Notes: a model not told the origin generated them from the letters alone. Shown: positions 48,121-62,451, counted from the first letter of the whole stretch. The stretch: 63,223 nucleotides of DNA, filler included, from Olpidium bornovanus S191 (GCA_017911155.1; 28 parts of 28 records of this genome joined end to end with filler, not necessarily neighbours in it); one strand, 5' to 3'. Program-made: numbers and translations.

Positions 48121-50361
48121 GTTGAGGCGGTGAGAGCTCTGAGCCTGACGGGCGCTATCCCCTCCAGCCTTGTGGAGATGACCTCGCCGGTTGGTAAAAG
48201 TGGCAGAGAACGTTCGAAGGATGATGTAGTCGGTGACAGGGTGAACGTGAAGTGCAGATGCTCATGAGCAACTGCTGGGGCGTGACAGGGCAGCACGCTT
48301 CTCAAAGATCCCGGCAGCCTGCCGACGTGCAGGCAGTGAAAGGAAGTATCACGAAGCCGGAAAGCAATAGCGTCGTCATGTCACCGAAGAGCGGCGCTGA
48401 GGCGTCTGGTGGCATTTTTGTGAAGATGAAATAACGGCAGGAGGATATGACTGCGCAGTTGTTCATTGCAAGGCCCGCAGAAAGACAGCTACGACGGCAA
48501 AGATAACGATGTTGGAGGAGGTTGAGCAGAAAGCCATTCCCCCGGCGTCTTTAAACTGAAAGCTTGATATTATTCTTCGTGAGGACTCTGGGTCACTGTC
48601 CGCTGCCGTTGTTGGAACGCGGTCTCCAAAAACGAACTTCCCACAACTTTATTATTCGATAACCGCGCGGGAAGCTTGGTTGTGTGGGCATTTTTGCCTG
48701 TCTCCCTCGGGGCGCCAACGAGCTAACTGCGGAGCAACTCGTCCAACACAGGCGTAGCTCCCGGGCGGCAGTGCCCAGTGATGCAGTGGCTACAGCACGC
48801 GACGGCGCAGTTTTTCCGGCAAAGCATGCAGGTACCTCCGAGCGCGCTCGCGGCACTGTCCCAGTCTGGTCGGCACGAGGCTTTCCAAGCGGCATTTTTT
48901 TTTTTTTTTTGCATTTCGCGGCCTGGTTTTGCTCACCCTTTGGCAGCGTAATTTTTCGGATCGCGTCTACTCTTCCCCCACTTCGCATCTACGCGACGCT
49001 CGTGGGAAAAAAAAAAATTCTTGTTTCCACGCCGGCGTACCGTTCTCGACCGCGTCCGCCACACGGACTCCCACAGTCTTATGGCCTTGGCGTCGACCGC
49101 TTCCGGCCCGCGGGTCTCTGCAGACAAACCGGGGCATTTTTTTGTCACGGGCGGCTCGTAAGGAAGATGCGCTTTTTTCGTTTTGCGCAAAACGTATCTC
49201 AGATCGGTCAGAGTATTTCCTCCCGCGGTGCCTTTTGCGGCGGAAAAGTCGGCGATCCCGGCTGGTCGAACATAAAACGGGGCCGGCAAAAAGTTTTGAA
49301 ACGCGGAGAGATGCGCCCCGGGAGTCAACGACGTCAGGGGATGTACAGGCTCTCGTCCGGACTCTCCGTGAAGTTGCAAAAGACTGTGGGGACGATCCCC
49401 CTACGACGAGAACAGGGCCCAGGAGGAGCAACGCTGCCAAAGGAACGATGTGGGGGTGGGGTGGGGGAGGAAGGTCTTTGTCCGCCCTTTGTTTGCTTTA
49501 TCCGTCTTTAACAGTGGGACGGACGGAGGAAGAGAGAGACAGAGAGAAGAAGGCTTCGGCAGGGCGTGCGTCTCGTGGAGGAGGGCCGTTCAAAAAGGAG
49601 ATATATCGGAAGCTCCGGGTCTCGAAATAAAATAAAAAAAGGAACCAAATCAAATCACATAAATAATTTAAGCGTTCGCTCCAGCGGAGCAACTCGCGGG
49701 GCCGCGCTACCGATGGAGCGGGTTGAGCGGAGGAGAAGAGGGGGGGGAGAAGTGGGGGCGGGGGGCGAGGCGGAGAAAGCAAAAAATTAGGGAAAAGGAT
49801 GGACGAGGTAAGGGGCGGACCGTTTTAGGGCAAGGAAGCTATATATGATATATATATTTATATATATTATGTGTAACGATGAAGCTTGGGAGTGAGAAGT
49901 AAATTTAATAAACGGAAAAAAAGAACCGCCGCGAAAAACGAAAGCCCGCGGTCGGGAAGGGGGGGGGGAATGGAGGGGCTGGTGTGTGTGTGTGGGCGGG
50001 GAGGGGTGTGGGTGAAAAGTGAAAGGAAAGCTCTCGAGTCTGGAAAGTCTCTTTTGTATAAATCGAAAACGAGAGCCGGAGAGGAGGGGATGTGGGGAAA
50101 GCGGGTGGGGGAAGGGGGGGGAGGGGGAGGGGAGGGGAACATTAGTACGGCGAGACGACAGAAAAAAAAAATTTAATAGAATACGGTGGATAGGGTCGAG
50201 CGAGCGAATTAGTGATAAACAAAAATCAAAGACGAGAGAGAAAAACGCCAGCCCGCGTGTAAAAAAAGGAGGTGGGAGGGGGAGAGAGAGGGAGAGGGAG
50301 AGAGAGAGAAAGTTGGAAAAAAAATCCGGAATCATCGCGCGCAAAAAAAAAAGTTTTTGTT

Positions 50362-52928
50362 TCACGACGAGTGGAACCGGAAAGCCTTCTCCAGCACGCC
50401 GGAAAACTCGTGCGCGCAAGGGCCGCTCTGAAGGCGGTCGGCGATGTTGCAGACGGCGGTGAACAGGCGGCGGAGGTCCGGCGCCGGCGGGCTGGCCGCG
50501 CCGGCCGGTTCCGCCGGGCCCGAGGGGACCGGGCGGCTGCGGCGGCGGTCGGGGCCGGGGCCGCCGTCTCGCTGCGCCGCCGGGACCTCGGCTTCGCCGG
50601 CGGCTCGCGGGCCGGGTCCGGGGCGCCCGGCGCCCGCCGCTTCGCCTCCGCCATCGCCTCCGCCGGTTCCAGCCGCCGCGGCGCCGGCGGCGGGCGCGGA
50701 AGGCCGCTGTCGCTGCCGAGGTCGAGACGGGGTCCGCGGCGGCGCGGCGGCGGGGTCGGGGTCGGGATCGGGCCCGGGATCCGCGCGGGCCGCCGCCGCG
50801 GACGCCGCGCGCTGCTCCGGGCCGGCGTCTTCGGGGTCCTCTTCCCCGCTCCCGCGCCCGGCCAGCGCCATTTCCAGAGCTTCCAGGTCGCCGCGGCTCA
50901 GCGACCGGAGGTCCCTCTGCAGCTCCCGAAGGGCCGCCGCTTTGTCCCGGAGCCACCAGAGCGCGCAGTCGTTGTCCGTCAGGTCCACGCGGTCGGGCAT
51001 GTGGACGAGCCCGGCCACGACGGCCAGCCGCGGGACGGCGAACATGACAGACGGGTGCAGCTCCTGCACTCTGCTCTGCGGTATCAGGTTCCCCTTCACG
51101 GCGCGGCCGAGCGCCTCGGAGATTAGCGCCGCGAACGTCTCGGTGCCGTCGTCCGGCGTGGGGAAGACGGCGGGGAACGTGTCCGGGATTGTGTCGGGAA
51201 CCGCCGCGTCGGAGTGGCGGCTGTAGGTGACGGCGAAGTAAGCGAAGCAGATCTTCTGCTCGAAGACGACCCACGCCTTGTCGAAGTCTATCAGCACCGG
51301 GTAGAGCGACGCGAACGGGCCGTGCCAGCGGCGCGCGGCGGCGCCGCCGGGGACGTGGCGCGGGTGGAGCGCCCCGTGGGCGGCGGCCGGAACCGTCGCC
51401 GACCGCCTCGCGAAGCGCGGGCCGCGCGAAGGTGGCGAAGTCTGCGACGGAGGCTGCGTTGCGGCGGGCGCCGCCGCCGGTCCCGCCCGGTGCAAGTCGA
51501 GAGCGCGCGAGCGAAAAACAAACCGCAGCGCCTCGAACCCGGCGCACAGCTGCTTCGCGGGGTCCAGCAGCTGTTCAGTAAACCGCTCGATGCCGCGTAT
51601 GCGGAAACCGCGGCTGAGGGCCTCCGCGGCGAAAAGGATGTTCTCGCTGAAGCCGTCGTCCAGCTCCTCCTGGTCCTCGCTCGGCAGGTGGCGGCGGTAA
51701 TCCCGCGGGCACTTGAGATCGTTATCGAGCCCGCTGTAGACCAGGTATATCGTGTCCAGCAGCAGCTTCTGCGCGCGGTGGACGCGCTCGGTGCACCGGT
51801 GGAACTTGTCGCTGTCGCCTTCGCGGACTTTGGACAGCGCTTTCACGGCGGACATCAGCTGCTCGTCTGACCAGTTTTAGTTGCGCCCGGAGCGTTTTCC
51901 GGGGGGAAGAACATTCAGCCAGAGGGATACGCGGCCCGGGGATTTTTTTTTTTCTGTTTTTTTTTTTTTTTTCTTTTCGTTCAAGCCAGTAAATCGAGAA
52001 GCGGCCCCCCACAAAAAAAAAAAAAAAAAAAAAAAACGTTACCTGCGTGGAAATACAGGCTGAGCGGCTGAGTTTCGCAAAGTTTTGGTATGCTGTCCTG
52101 CTTCATCGGCTTCCATTTCTGGAAACTAAAAATCTGGGCCATAAACGCGGCGCCTTCTCCGGCCTGCGCGTCGCTTGCGGGATGCTGCGGCGATCGCTGC
52201 TCTATATCGTGCTGCTCTTGGAGGGAAGAAGGCGGCCGAGGCTGCCCGGGTGCGGCCCCCGCGGTTTCCGCGCGCGCGCCGTCGTCCGCCGGAAGGCGGG
52301 CGGACGACGGCACCGGTGACCGAGGTTCGGCGAGGCGCGCCGGGCCGTCGGGCCGCGCCGCCCCCGCCGCCGCGCCCTGCGCCGTCCTGGCGCGCGACTC
52401 GCCGGAGCAGTCCTCGCGGTCGGGACGAGCGCGCTCGTCGCCGCCGGCGCCGTGCGGACACGCTGTCGGCGAGGTTTCCCGGCCGCCGACGGACGGTTCC
52501 TCCGGTTTCTCCGCCGCCCCTTCCGGGTGCCGCGCGGCGGAAGCGGCCGCCGTCGACGCGGCCGCCCCGAAAGACTGCGGCACCGGCGTGGTCGGCGTCG
52601 TGGGGTGGTACAGCGACCCGTGCGCCCGGAAGTCCGGCGGAGGCGGGCGGACGCCGCCGCCGCCGGAAAAGCCGGACGCGGGCGACCGGCTTCCCCCGCG
52701 CGCGGCGGCGAACTCCTCGTCCTCCGCCGGCGACGGGCAGGTCGGCGACAGCGGTTGGACCTGGAAGGCCGCTTGGCTCCTCCTCGGGGCGACGTGCGCG
52801 AGGGGCGGAGGACGGTGGGACACCGTCCGGGTCGCCGGCGGACGCGGCCCGACCGCGGCCGGCGGCCGAGCGGCCGCCCCTTGGGCGGCGGCGTAGAGCC
52901 TCGAGATCGGCGGAGTCAATACCGTCAT
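50362..52928 (-). CDS. LST2/ZFYVE28-like protein with no FYVE domain; 2 coding exons (52928-52043, 51866-50362)
   Basis: Collinear matches to my recollection of human LST2: SLYFHA|DEQL (cf. RFYYADEEL), PRDYRRHLP (cf. PRDFCVKFP), ILFAAEAL (cf. LWFGAECL), FDKAWVVFE (cf. FDVLFAEFE), PSVMFAVPRLAVVAGLV (cf. PALMFSIPRLAIVCGLV), RRLFTAVCNIADRLQS (cf. HRLFVCISGVADQLQT), then stop. Confidence 0.8.
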
Positions 52929-53257
52929 CGCGCGGAAATTTTTTCTTTTTCCCGCCGTGATTTATCGGAGGCAGGAGAGGGGGAGGGTGGGGGGGGGACC
53001 GAATCGCGCGTTTTTTATTCTGCGGGGTAAAATAAAAAAAAAAAATAAAAAAGGGCGCGTTAATTATTGTTCTTTCCTTTTCGTTTTTCGGCGTGTTGTT
53101 CTCGGGCGCGTCAGACGCCGGAACAAAAACTAAACTAAAAAACTAAAGACCCCCGCACCCCCCCCCCCTCCCCTCCTTTCTCCCGCGCGCGCGGCGGCGG
53201 AGTGGGGTGGGGAGGGGGAGAGGGCGCGGCCGACCGGCCGGGGGCGATCGAGATAAG

Positions 53258-53296
<39 letters not shown>

Positions 53297-53837
53297 AGGT
53301 GGGGCGGGGGGGAGAAGGGGGATGAAGGGGTGGGGGGGCGCGCGCGTGCGCAGAGAGAGAGAGAGAGGGCGGCATTTTGCGCATCCACTTACAAGCAAGC
53401 GAACAAGTATTAGGTACGGAGGTCTTCTTTAACAAGTCTTTTTTTTTCTCTTTCCTCTTCGTCTTTCTCGTCTATGAGGGCGGTGTAAAGCGGAGCATGT
53501 GGGTGAGCCGGGCGGGTGGTCTCGTCGTCGCGGGCGGGGGGAAGGGCCCGGCGCTGGCGGCGGCGGCGGCGGCGGCGGCGGAGGGGGCGGGTGCGGGGTC
53601 TTTCTCGTTTCCGGGGGAGGAGGGAGGGGGGGAGGGGGAGCGTGGAGCCGCGCGGGTGAGCTGGAGCGGGAGAGGGGGCGCGTTCTGCCCCAGCGCGGGG
53701 GACGGAGGGGGAAGAGAGAGAGAGAGAGAGAGCCGAAGCGCGCGCGCGGGCGCCGACCCCCGAGTTGAAGGAGGGAGAGAGCAGAAAGAGCAGAAAGAGC
53801 AAAAAGAGCAGAAAGAGGAGAAAGAGTAGAGAGCGAG

Positions 53838-53871
<34 letters not shown>

Positions 53872-53943
53872 GGAGACAGAGGCGGAGAATTAGAAGGCAA
53901 GTAACCACCCCCACCCAAGTGGTGGCCGCCACCCCAACTCTTT

Positions 53944-54007
<64 letters not shown>

Positions 54008-54145
54008 CCCCCCCCCCCCCCGCCCCCCCCCCCCCCCCCCCCCCGNNNNNNNNNNNNNNNNNNNNNNNNNNNNNNNNNNNNNNNNNNNNTTAATTAATTA
54101 ANNNNNNNNNNNNNNNNNNNNNNNNNNNNNNNNNNNNNNNNNNNN

Positions 54146-55234
54146 CATGTACCAGTCGTAAATGTCCCACCAGGCTTTGACGGCCTCCGCCTGGTACGGG
54201 TTGCCTGCGTCTACGACGTCGCCGTTCGGTCGTCGGAGCCAGTGCCAGGGCTTCTTCGCACCGATGAAGTGGAATATGGCTACGCTCTCGCGAAACGCGC
54301 GATATGCGGGAGCGTAACTGGATGGAAAAGATCCGTGGATCATTCATCTATGAAACTTCGAGCCAACCCTTAAGCGGGGACGGGTCGTACACGATTACCT
54401 GTATGTGGCCGACGGCGTCACGTTGTAGATGAAAGGTAGGCGGTGGGACGGGGCAGACCGAGACCACTGGTTGAAATACTGGTTCAGGAGACCTTGATCG
54501 CCACCTGCCGAGTATGGAATTGAGATCGCCGTCCTGGACGCGCCGATCTGGCGCCGCCGGCAAACGAGGAAACATGCCGTACCATCAAAGGACCCTTTCT
54601 CGGCCGCCATCTTCTGCAGTCCGTCAAAATCTTCCTCCGAAGGCCGGAACACGAAAACCCCTGAGTTGAACATGTCAGGCCAACCGATGTCCGGGGCTGC
54701 AGCAAACGGCTCGTAAGGCCCGTTCTCGCCGAGAAGCTCGTCGACGTTTCGCAACACTTTTTCCCACAGGCACCGCGCATGGGTGTTGTTTTGTTGTTGT
54801 TGTTGTTATTGCCAAGGGAAGCGAGAAGCCCAGTCAATTCTTTTTTTTTTTTTTTTTTTTTCTTGGCCCCCGGTCCCCCTCCGTCGGGGAATCCGCCCGC
54901 CCGGACGCCTACCGATCGTGTCCGCGTCCATGAAGCACGCCCTCGGGTACCGGGTGAGCTTCCAGGCGCTGATCTTGGAGAAGCTGACTCCGAGGTCTGG
55001 GCGGCCCAGTCTGGCCAGGTTCTCCGGGTCGTTCGAGTCCAGGGCGGGGACGCGTTCGACGAAATCGACGGCCTTCTCGACCGCCTTCAGGGCGTGCTCG
55101 GAGACCTTGTCGGTCACCAAGCAGCCGACGTCGTGGGCGGTGCGGTGGTGCTTCAGGGCGGAGGCCCACACCACAACGCCGACGGCATACGTGTCGTCCG
55201 CCAGCAGCGTGACGAAGGCGTTCCTCGGGGCCAT
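54146..55234 (-). CDS. Glycogenin (GT8), N-terminal catalytic domain, spliced, 3'-truncated
   Basis: AFVTLLADDTY, LGRPDLGVSFSKI..W, FMDADT (DxD), AAAPDIGWPDMFNSGVFV, GSFDGGDQGLLN, LPFIYNVT..Y|SYAPAY, HFIGAKKPW. Confidence 0.92.
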
Positions 55235-55313
55235 GGCCGGCGGGCTCCGGGGGCGGCGGGGAGGGCAAGCGGCGGGCGGGGGAACCGGGAGAGGAGCAAA
55301 AAAGGGAAGAAGG

Positions 55314-55350
<37 letters not shown>

Positions 55351-55598
55351 GGGGGGAAAAAAAAAAAAAAAAAAAAACGGGGGACCCGANNNNNNNNNNN
55401 NNNNNNNNNNNNNNNNNNNNNNNNNNNNNNNNNTTAATTAATTAANNNNNNNNNNNNNNNNNNNNNNNNNNNNNNNNNNNNNNNNNNNNCTCCCGGGAAG
55501 TGTTCTGAAAAACGTAAAACCAGCAAGTTTTTTGGCCCTACCGGTGAACCCCTACCGGTTTGGGGGGGGAGGGGGGGGGGGGGGCGCGGGGGGGGGGG

Positions 55599-55634
<36 letters not shown>

Positions 55635-56395
55635 CGGAAAAGGGGGGAAGAGGGGGGAACCCGGAAGAATGGCGGCGATAAGCGGCCAAAACTCACCTGC
55701 GGGCGGGCCGCCGGTCGGGCGGAAGCGTGCGCATGACGTCAACACCCGACAAACGGTCGGGCGGAAGGGTGCGGATTACATGACGATACGCGCACGGGCC
55801 GAAAAAAAAACGAGCCCCCTCTTCTGGCGGCACGAGCGCACGGTGCATAACGCGGCTTTGGGGCAGACGGGGTGCAGGCGCGGCTGATACTTTTGGTGCA
55901 AACGATAACAGGCGCGGCTGATATTTTTGGAGCAAACAGGCAGGCGGCTCCCATGCGGCTGGAGCCGGACGGCCGGTGATGCAGTCAATCCATGAGCGTC
56001 CGGTTCCTGAATTTGCATCACTGCATTCCCCCTGTTTGCCGGCGGCGAAATGTGTGTGTAGAACCGCTGGAGGGCTGGCGCGCTTTCGTTGCGACAATTC
56101 CCTGCGCCATCTCTTTGCTGTTCGCATTAAAGATCTCCGCTCTGCCGCGTACAGAGTTCTTTCCCTGCCCGGCCCTCCTTTTTTATATACAAATTTCTCC
56201 AGCGTCCATAAGCGCCGCCGGGCCTCCTCGCGCCTCGCCGCTTTCTTTAACAATCTTTATCCTTGTGCGCTACCCTCCTTTGTTCGCCTATGTATGCCCT
56301 GTGCGCTGCGCGTTTCGTTTGACAGGCCTACGTTTGCTCCGTGCGCAGCTGCCTCGCTGCCTTGCTGCCTTTCGTTTTTTTGGCCTCTGTTGCAA

Positions 56396-56779
56396 CCGCC
56401 GACGTACTGTTTTTTTCTGTGACGCCCGCCGGCGGTTTTTTTTTTTGCAGCAGCAGTCGGCGTACCTTTTTTTTTGTTGCGGCCACCGGCGTACCTCTTT
56501 TTCCTTTTTTTTTAATTTTCGTTGCAACCGCGGGCGTACATTTTTTTTTATTATGGCGGCCGCCGGCGTACTTTTTTTTCTTTTTTTTTTTTTCTTTTTT
56601 TTTTGTTGCAGCCGCGGGCGTACTTTTTTTTTCCCGGCCGCCGGCATATTGTTTTTTTTTCCGGCCGCCGGCGTACTTTTTTTTTCCGGCCACCGGCGTA
56701 CTTTTTTTTTTCCCGCCGCCGGCTTATTTTTTTTTCCTCGGCCTCCAGCGTCCTTTTTTTTTTGCTGCAGCCGGCGTGC
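56396..56779. repeat. Degenerate array of ~13 CCGCCGGCGTAC-like cores separated by T-rich spacers
   Basis: Cores near 56396, 56426, 56454, 56483, 56528, 56560, 56612, 56638, 56665, 56690, 56716, 56742, 56768. Confidence 0.85.
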
Positions 56780-57632
56780 TTTTTTGTTTCTTACTTTCAT
56801 TTTTCATTTCTCGTTTTCTATATTTTTATTGTTTTTTTTTCTTTTTATTGCTTCCTTTTTTATCACGACGGTCAGATAGAGACTGTGCATCGATTACGAC
56901 TATGTCGTACCCGGCATAATCAAAATTTTTATTCAATCCGGCTGCAGCTCGAGGAATCAAAGTGACATTTCAAGGACGCAAGTGCACATTGACCCTTGTG
57001 GGGACGACAATTGCCACCGGGCCACATTCATGAAGATGACAGAGGCGATCGTGCCATACCGAAAAATCAGCTGTGGCGCGGTGAGCCGAAGCGGACGAAT
57101 CTGACGACTCGGTCCAAGCTGCATCGGTCAATGAATGCACCAGCTTCGCNNNNNNNNNNNNNNNNNNNNNNNNNNNNNNNNNNNNNNNNNNNNTTAATTA
57201 ATTAANNNNNNNNNNNNNNNNNNNNNNNNNNNNNNNNNNNNNNNNNNNNAATTGGAACCGCGTTTGTCCCTATCGGATCGTTTGGTTTCCGCCTTGGAGA
57301 AGCCCTGGGGCTTAACGGCTGACTCCGCCTTCTGATTAAAGTACAATTGTAGTACAACAGCAGCGGCGGGGTTCTCCTCGGCGGAGAGTGCGGTGGTGGT
57401 GTGGGGTCAATTGACGGACGGGAAAGACCGAGAGGTCGTGTGCGGGCATGCCCAAATGTGTGCCGAAATAGGGCCAAAACGTGCCCCCCCAGTGCCCTGA
57501 AAGCCGTGAATGCCCCAGAAAAGTTCAAAACGCCGGGAAAACACCCCGAACGTTGTTCGGAACGCCCGTCTCCACGTCTAACGTCTCCAAGCCAATTATA
57601 TGGGGTCTAGCATATATGTACAAGAACGAGGA

Positions 57633-58948
<1,316 letters not shown>

Positions 58949-59166
58949 GGTCGCGTGGCTTCTTTTTATGCTTCCTTCCTTGGACGGTTTGTTGCGCGGG
59001 TGGGGCCGGGGGAGGGAAGAACCAAGGGGGGCCCCGGGGAGGCAAGGGAAGGAGGCGGGAGGGGGCGGCGGCCTGGGCGGTTTGGTTAGGAGCGTTTCCG
59101 GCGTTTCCGCGGCGTTTCCCCTTTTTCTTTTTTCTTTTCTTTTTTTATTTTATTTTATTTTATTTT

Positions 59167-59219
<53 letters not shown>

Positions 59220-59274
59220 CTTCCCCGACCCCACACACGTCCGCACACCCCCACTCCCCCCAGCGGCCGCCGCC

Positions 59275-59821
59275 ATGGTCCCGCCGTCGGACGAGTCCGG
59301 GGGAACCCAGCCGTCCGCCGCCCAAGCCGCCGCCGCCGCGCCCGCCGCCCAGGCCGCCGCCGCGCCCGCCCCCGCGCCGTCGCCCGCGAGCCCCAGGAGC
59401 GGAAGGTTGCCGCCCCCTGTGGAGCTGGCCGTGACGCCGGGGAAGGCCTGCGGCCCGTTCTCCCTCGGTGCGTGATAGCCCGTCTCCACCTTTCGCCACT
59501 TCTCTCGCCCTCCGCGCCCCCTCTTCTCATCCCGGGGGGATTTTTTCCCCCTCTTTTTTCCTCGCCCCGCCACCCTCGCTTTTTTTCTTTTCACTCCCGG
59601 AGCTGACTGGGGCGGGTCTTTTCCTTGAAACCCCTTCTTTGCCGGTACGCCGTGCGTTTTGCCGCGCCCGCGCGCGCGCCGCCGCCGCGCCCGCCGCCGT
59701 TCGTTGTCCCGGGCGCCGGAAAAAAAAAATTAAAGGATCGTGCGTCGGACGCGCGATCGGCCACACGCAGTTGCGAGAGTTCCGCTTCGTCTCAAACGTC
59801 GAGTTCAAATACAGCGACGAG
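59275..59821 (+). CDS. UPF0183/PHAF1 (C16orf70)-like protein, first two exons
   Basis: Spliced VELAVTPGKACGPFSL|GSCVGRAI..FRFVSNVEFKYSDE resembles the UPF0183 N-terminus (LEVVP..LG...F.LG...NVQVLYSE). Confidence 0.6.
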
Positions 59822-59875
59822 GTGCGTGGGCGTTGGGGGGAAAGTGGTCAGGGGAAATAGGCAAGAGGGGGTGGG

Positions 59876-59906
<31 letters not shown>

Positions 59907-60006
59907 NNNNNNNNNNNNNNNNNNNNNNNNNNNNNNNNNNNNNNNNNNNNTTAATTAATTAANNNNNNNNNNNNNNNNNNNNNNNNNNNNNNNNNNNNNN
60001 NNNNNN

Positions 60007-60129
60007 ACATTGATGTTCGCCATCAATTTGTCCGCCAAACTATTGACGACAAAATCATCAAGTTACACCGCGTCCCTTCAGCGAAAAATACGGCAGATTG
60101 CCTAACCAAGGCACTTCCCTGTCCATGAT
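60007..60129 (+). mobile_element. Ty1/copia RNase H C-terminal remnant
   Basis: HIDVRHQFVRQTIDDKIIKLHRVPSAKNTADCLTKALPCP*. Confidence 0.85.
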
Positions 60130-60960
60130 TGCGCCTTGATAAGCGGCCCCATCAGGTGGGCCCGCTGCGCAAGTCACGTGACGTCATAATTGCGCCTTTA
60201 CAAGCGGCCACACTGTGCTGAACGCAGGTTACGGGCGCAGGCTGGGCAATCAGGGATATTCTCCTAGGTCCCCCCGCCAGGACAGATGCGGACTGTAATG
60301 AAGTCTTTTATTGTCACACGCGCAAGCGTGTTCTGGTGACAATGCTCTGGAAAGACTAAGTCTAGCGGAAGGTCAAGGGTATTTGTGTTCAAGATCTGGA
60401 TTCTAAGGATCTAAGAAACGCCGGTCAACAATTTTATTTATGCGCGGGCGCGGACGCGGATGTGCGCGTGCACGCGGCCGTGCACGCCGGTGCGGGTGTC
60501 TGCGTGTGTTCGCCGTGCGTGTGTGTCCCGTACACCACACGTGTGGGACTCCCAAGCGGGAATTTTTGGGGAACAATCGACTGGGACCCGGGCACACCGG
60601 CAGGGGTGGGGAGCCAGATAGGCCACGTGACTTGCCGCCGCAATGTGCGCTCTGTCAACGCCCTCTGCAGTGACCGGGCGACGTGCGTGTGTGCGTCCCA
60701 TATCCTGGCGATATCCGCACGCCCGCAACACGGATCACGTGACCGAAGACCCCACTAAATTATTCTGCCCCCCCCCCCTGGCCCTCCTACACGCGGCTCC
60801 GCAGTCGATCTCCTCTCCCCTGACTGCCGCGAAGACACCGCTGGTGCCACAGCGCAACCATGGCTGACACGCGCCACGCGCACCGCAGCCAAACCCCTCT
60901 CTTTCATCCTTCCTTTCCGGCCGCCGCCTTCAACAAGGCAACAGACGCCTGCCGTTGACG

Positions 60961-61040
60961 GGGAGCATATATAGCGCACTCGTCTACCGGGAGCATATAT
61001 AGCGCACTCGTCTACCGGGAGCATATATAGCGCACTCGTC
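60961..61040 (+). repeat. 28-bp tandem repeat x~3 (GGGAGCATATATAGCGCACTCGTCTACC), each unit with a TATATA
   Basis: Units start at 60961, 60989 and 61017. Confidence 0.95.
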
Positions 61041-62451
61041 GTAGCGTAAATCGGGACACAGCTCAACGGTCGTCCAACCCCAAGAACCCGTAATCTAGCT
61101 AACTTAAAATATAAAAGACTTGCAACTCGAACCTCTCCGCCGTACACACACCAAGTGCCCCCGCTGTGCGAGTCATGTGACGGTAATGTAAGAAATAAGG
61201 CAGTTCTGAAGGCGACGCCGGGAGGAAATACCTGAACCAAAGAATTTCCAAACAAACACCCCGAAGTTCCAAAGTCCAATCTCAAACTGGAACACAGCCC
61301 CATGCCTGATCTTTTCTTCTCTCTGCCTCCGCTCTTCTGTCTTTCGACCTCCCACTTTTTTTCGCCGCACGTGCGGCAATCCTATTTCTCTCTTTCCCCG
61401 TTCGTTTGTCCGCATTCGCGGTTGTCTTTCTACGACTTTTTACCACGCGATACGTTTCGGTGTGGACGAAGGTCAAAAAAAAAATTGAGATAAACTTTTT
61501 CCCTACCTCCCCCGTCTTCCCCCCCCCCCAAAAAAAAAAAACCCCCCAACCACCAACCCATCACAGTCCTTTTTCTTTTTTCCTGGAAACAACCCGCAGC
61601 CTACATTTTTCGCACCACCACCCCGTTGTACAAAAAATGAAAGTGTTTACAAGAGTGTAACAAAAGTTAACAAAACGTATGCAACAAAAAAGATGTCGAC
61701 TTTGCGGGTCTTTGTGCGTGAATCATTTTCTGAGAAGCGGAGAAAGCGAGAGAGAAGAGGTAGGAAAGAATAAGGATAGAATGATGTCGTGAAAATCAAA
61801 TTGCGATAAAAAGGTGGTCCGGCAGGCCAGCAGGCGAAACGCAAAAATTTGAGTGCTAAAAAAAAAATCCGCAGGGCGTCAAAAATTTACCCTTCCTCGC
61901 CCTTTCCCGTGGTATGGTGGTGGGCCGGTTCATGNNNNNNNNNNNNNNNNNNNNNNNNNNNNNNNNNNNNNNNNNNNNTTAATTAATTAANNNNNNNNNN
62001 NNNNNNNNNNNNNNNNNNNNNNNNNNNNNNNNNNAGCTGAAGGTAATGAGTGGAGAGCAGCTGCAGGTAATCGCAGAGGCGGTTGTGACAGTCGGCGAGG
62101 TCCAGTTCCTCGGCCTTTTTTTTTGGAAAGCTTTGATGCGGTGGGCGCAGCATGCGGCAAATGTCGGACAGAAATCGGAGAACAAGCAGCGGGGAGGCAG
62201 GTTGCCAGTTTTTGGATGATTCTTTGAGAGGAATTCGCCTACTGAGGCGGCGACAAGGGAAGGGTCGACCGCACTGCTCACGAAAGTCGAACGAATCGAT
62301 GTACTGATGAACCGCCAGGCGGGGAAATAACGCACACAAACGCCCCTTTTAGCTTTTCTTCTATGCGCGGCCAAACAGCCGAAATTTAAATCCAAGTCTA
62401 CGCGCCTCCGGCCCAAAAGAAAAAAAAAAAAAGGAACAAAAAAATCACGGT

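Noticed and set aside
62035-62339. YIDSFDFR and GEFLSKN resembling a Sec7 domain
   Set aside because: The motifs are short, in different frames and out of order, and the rest of the domain is missing.
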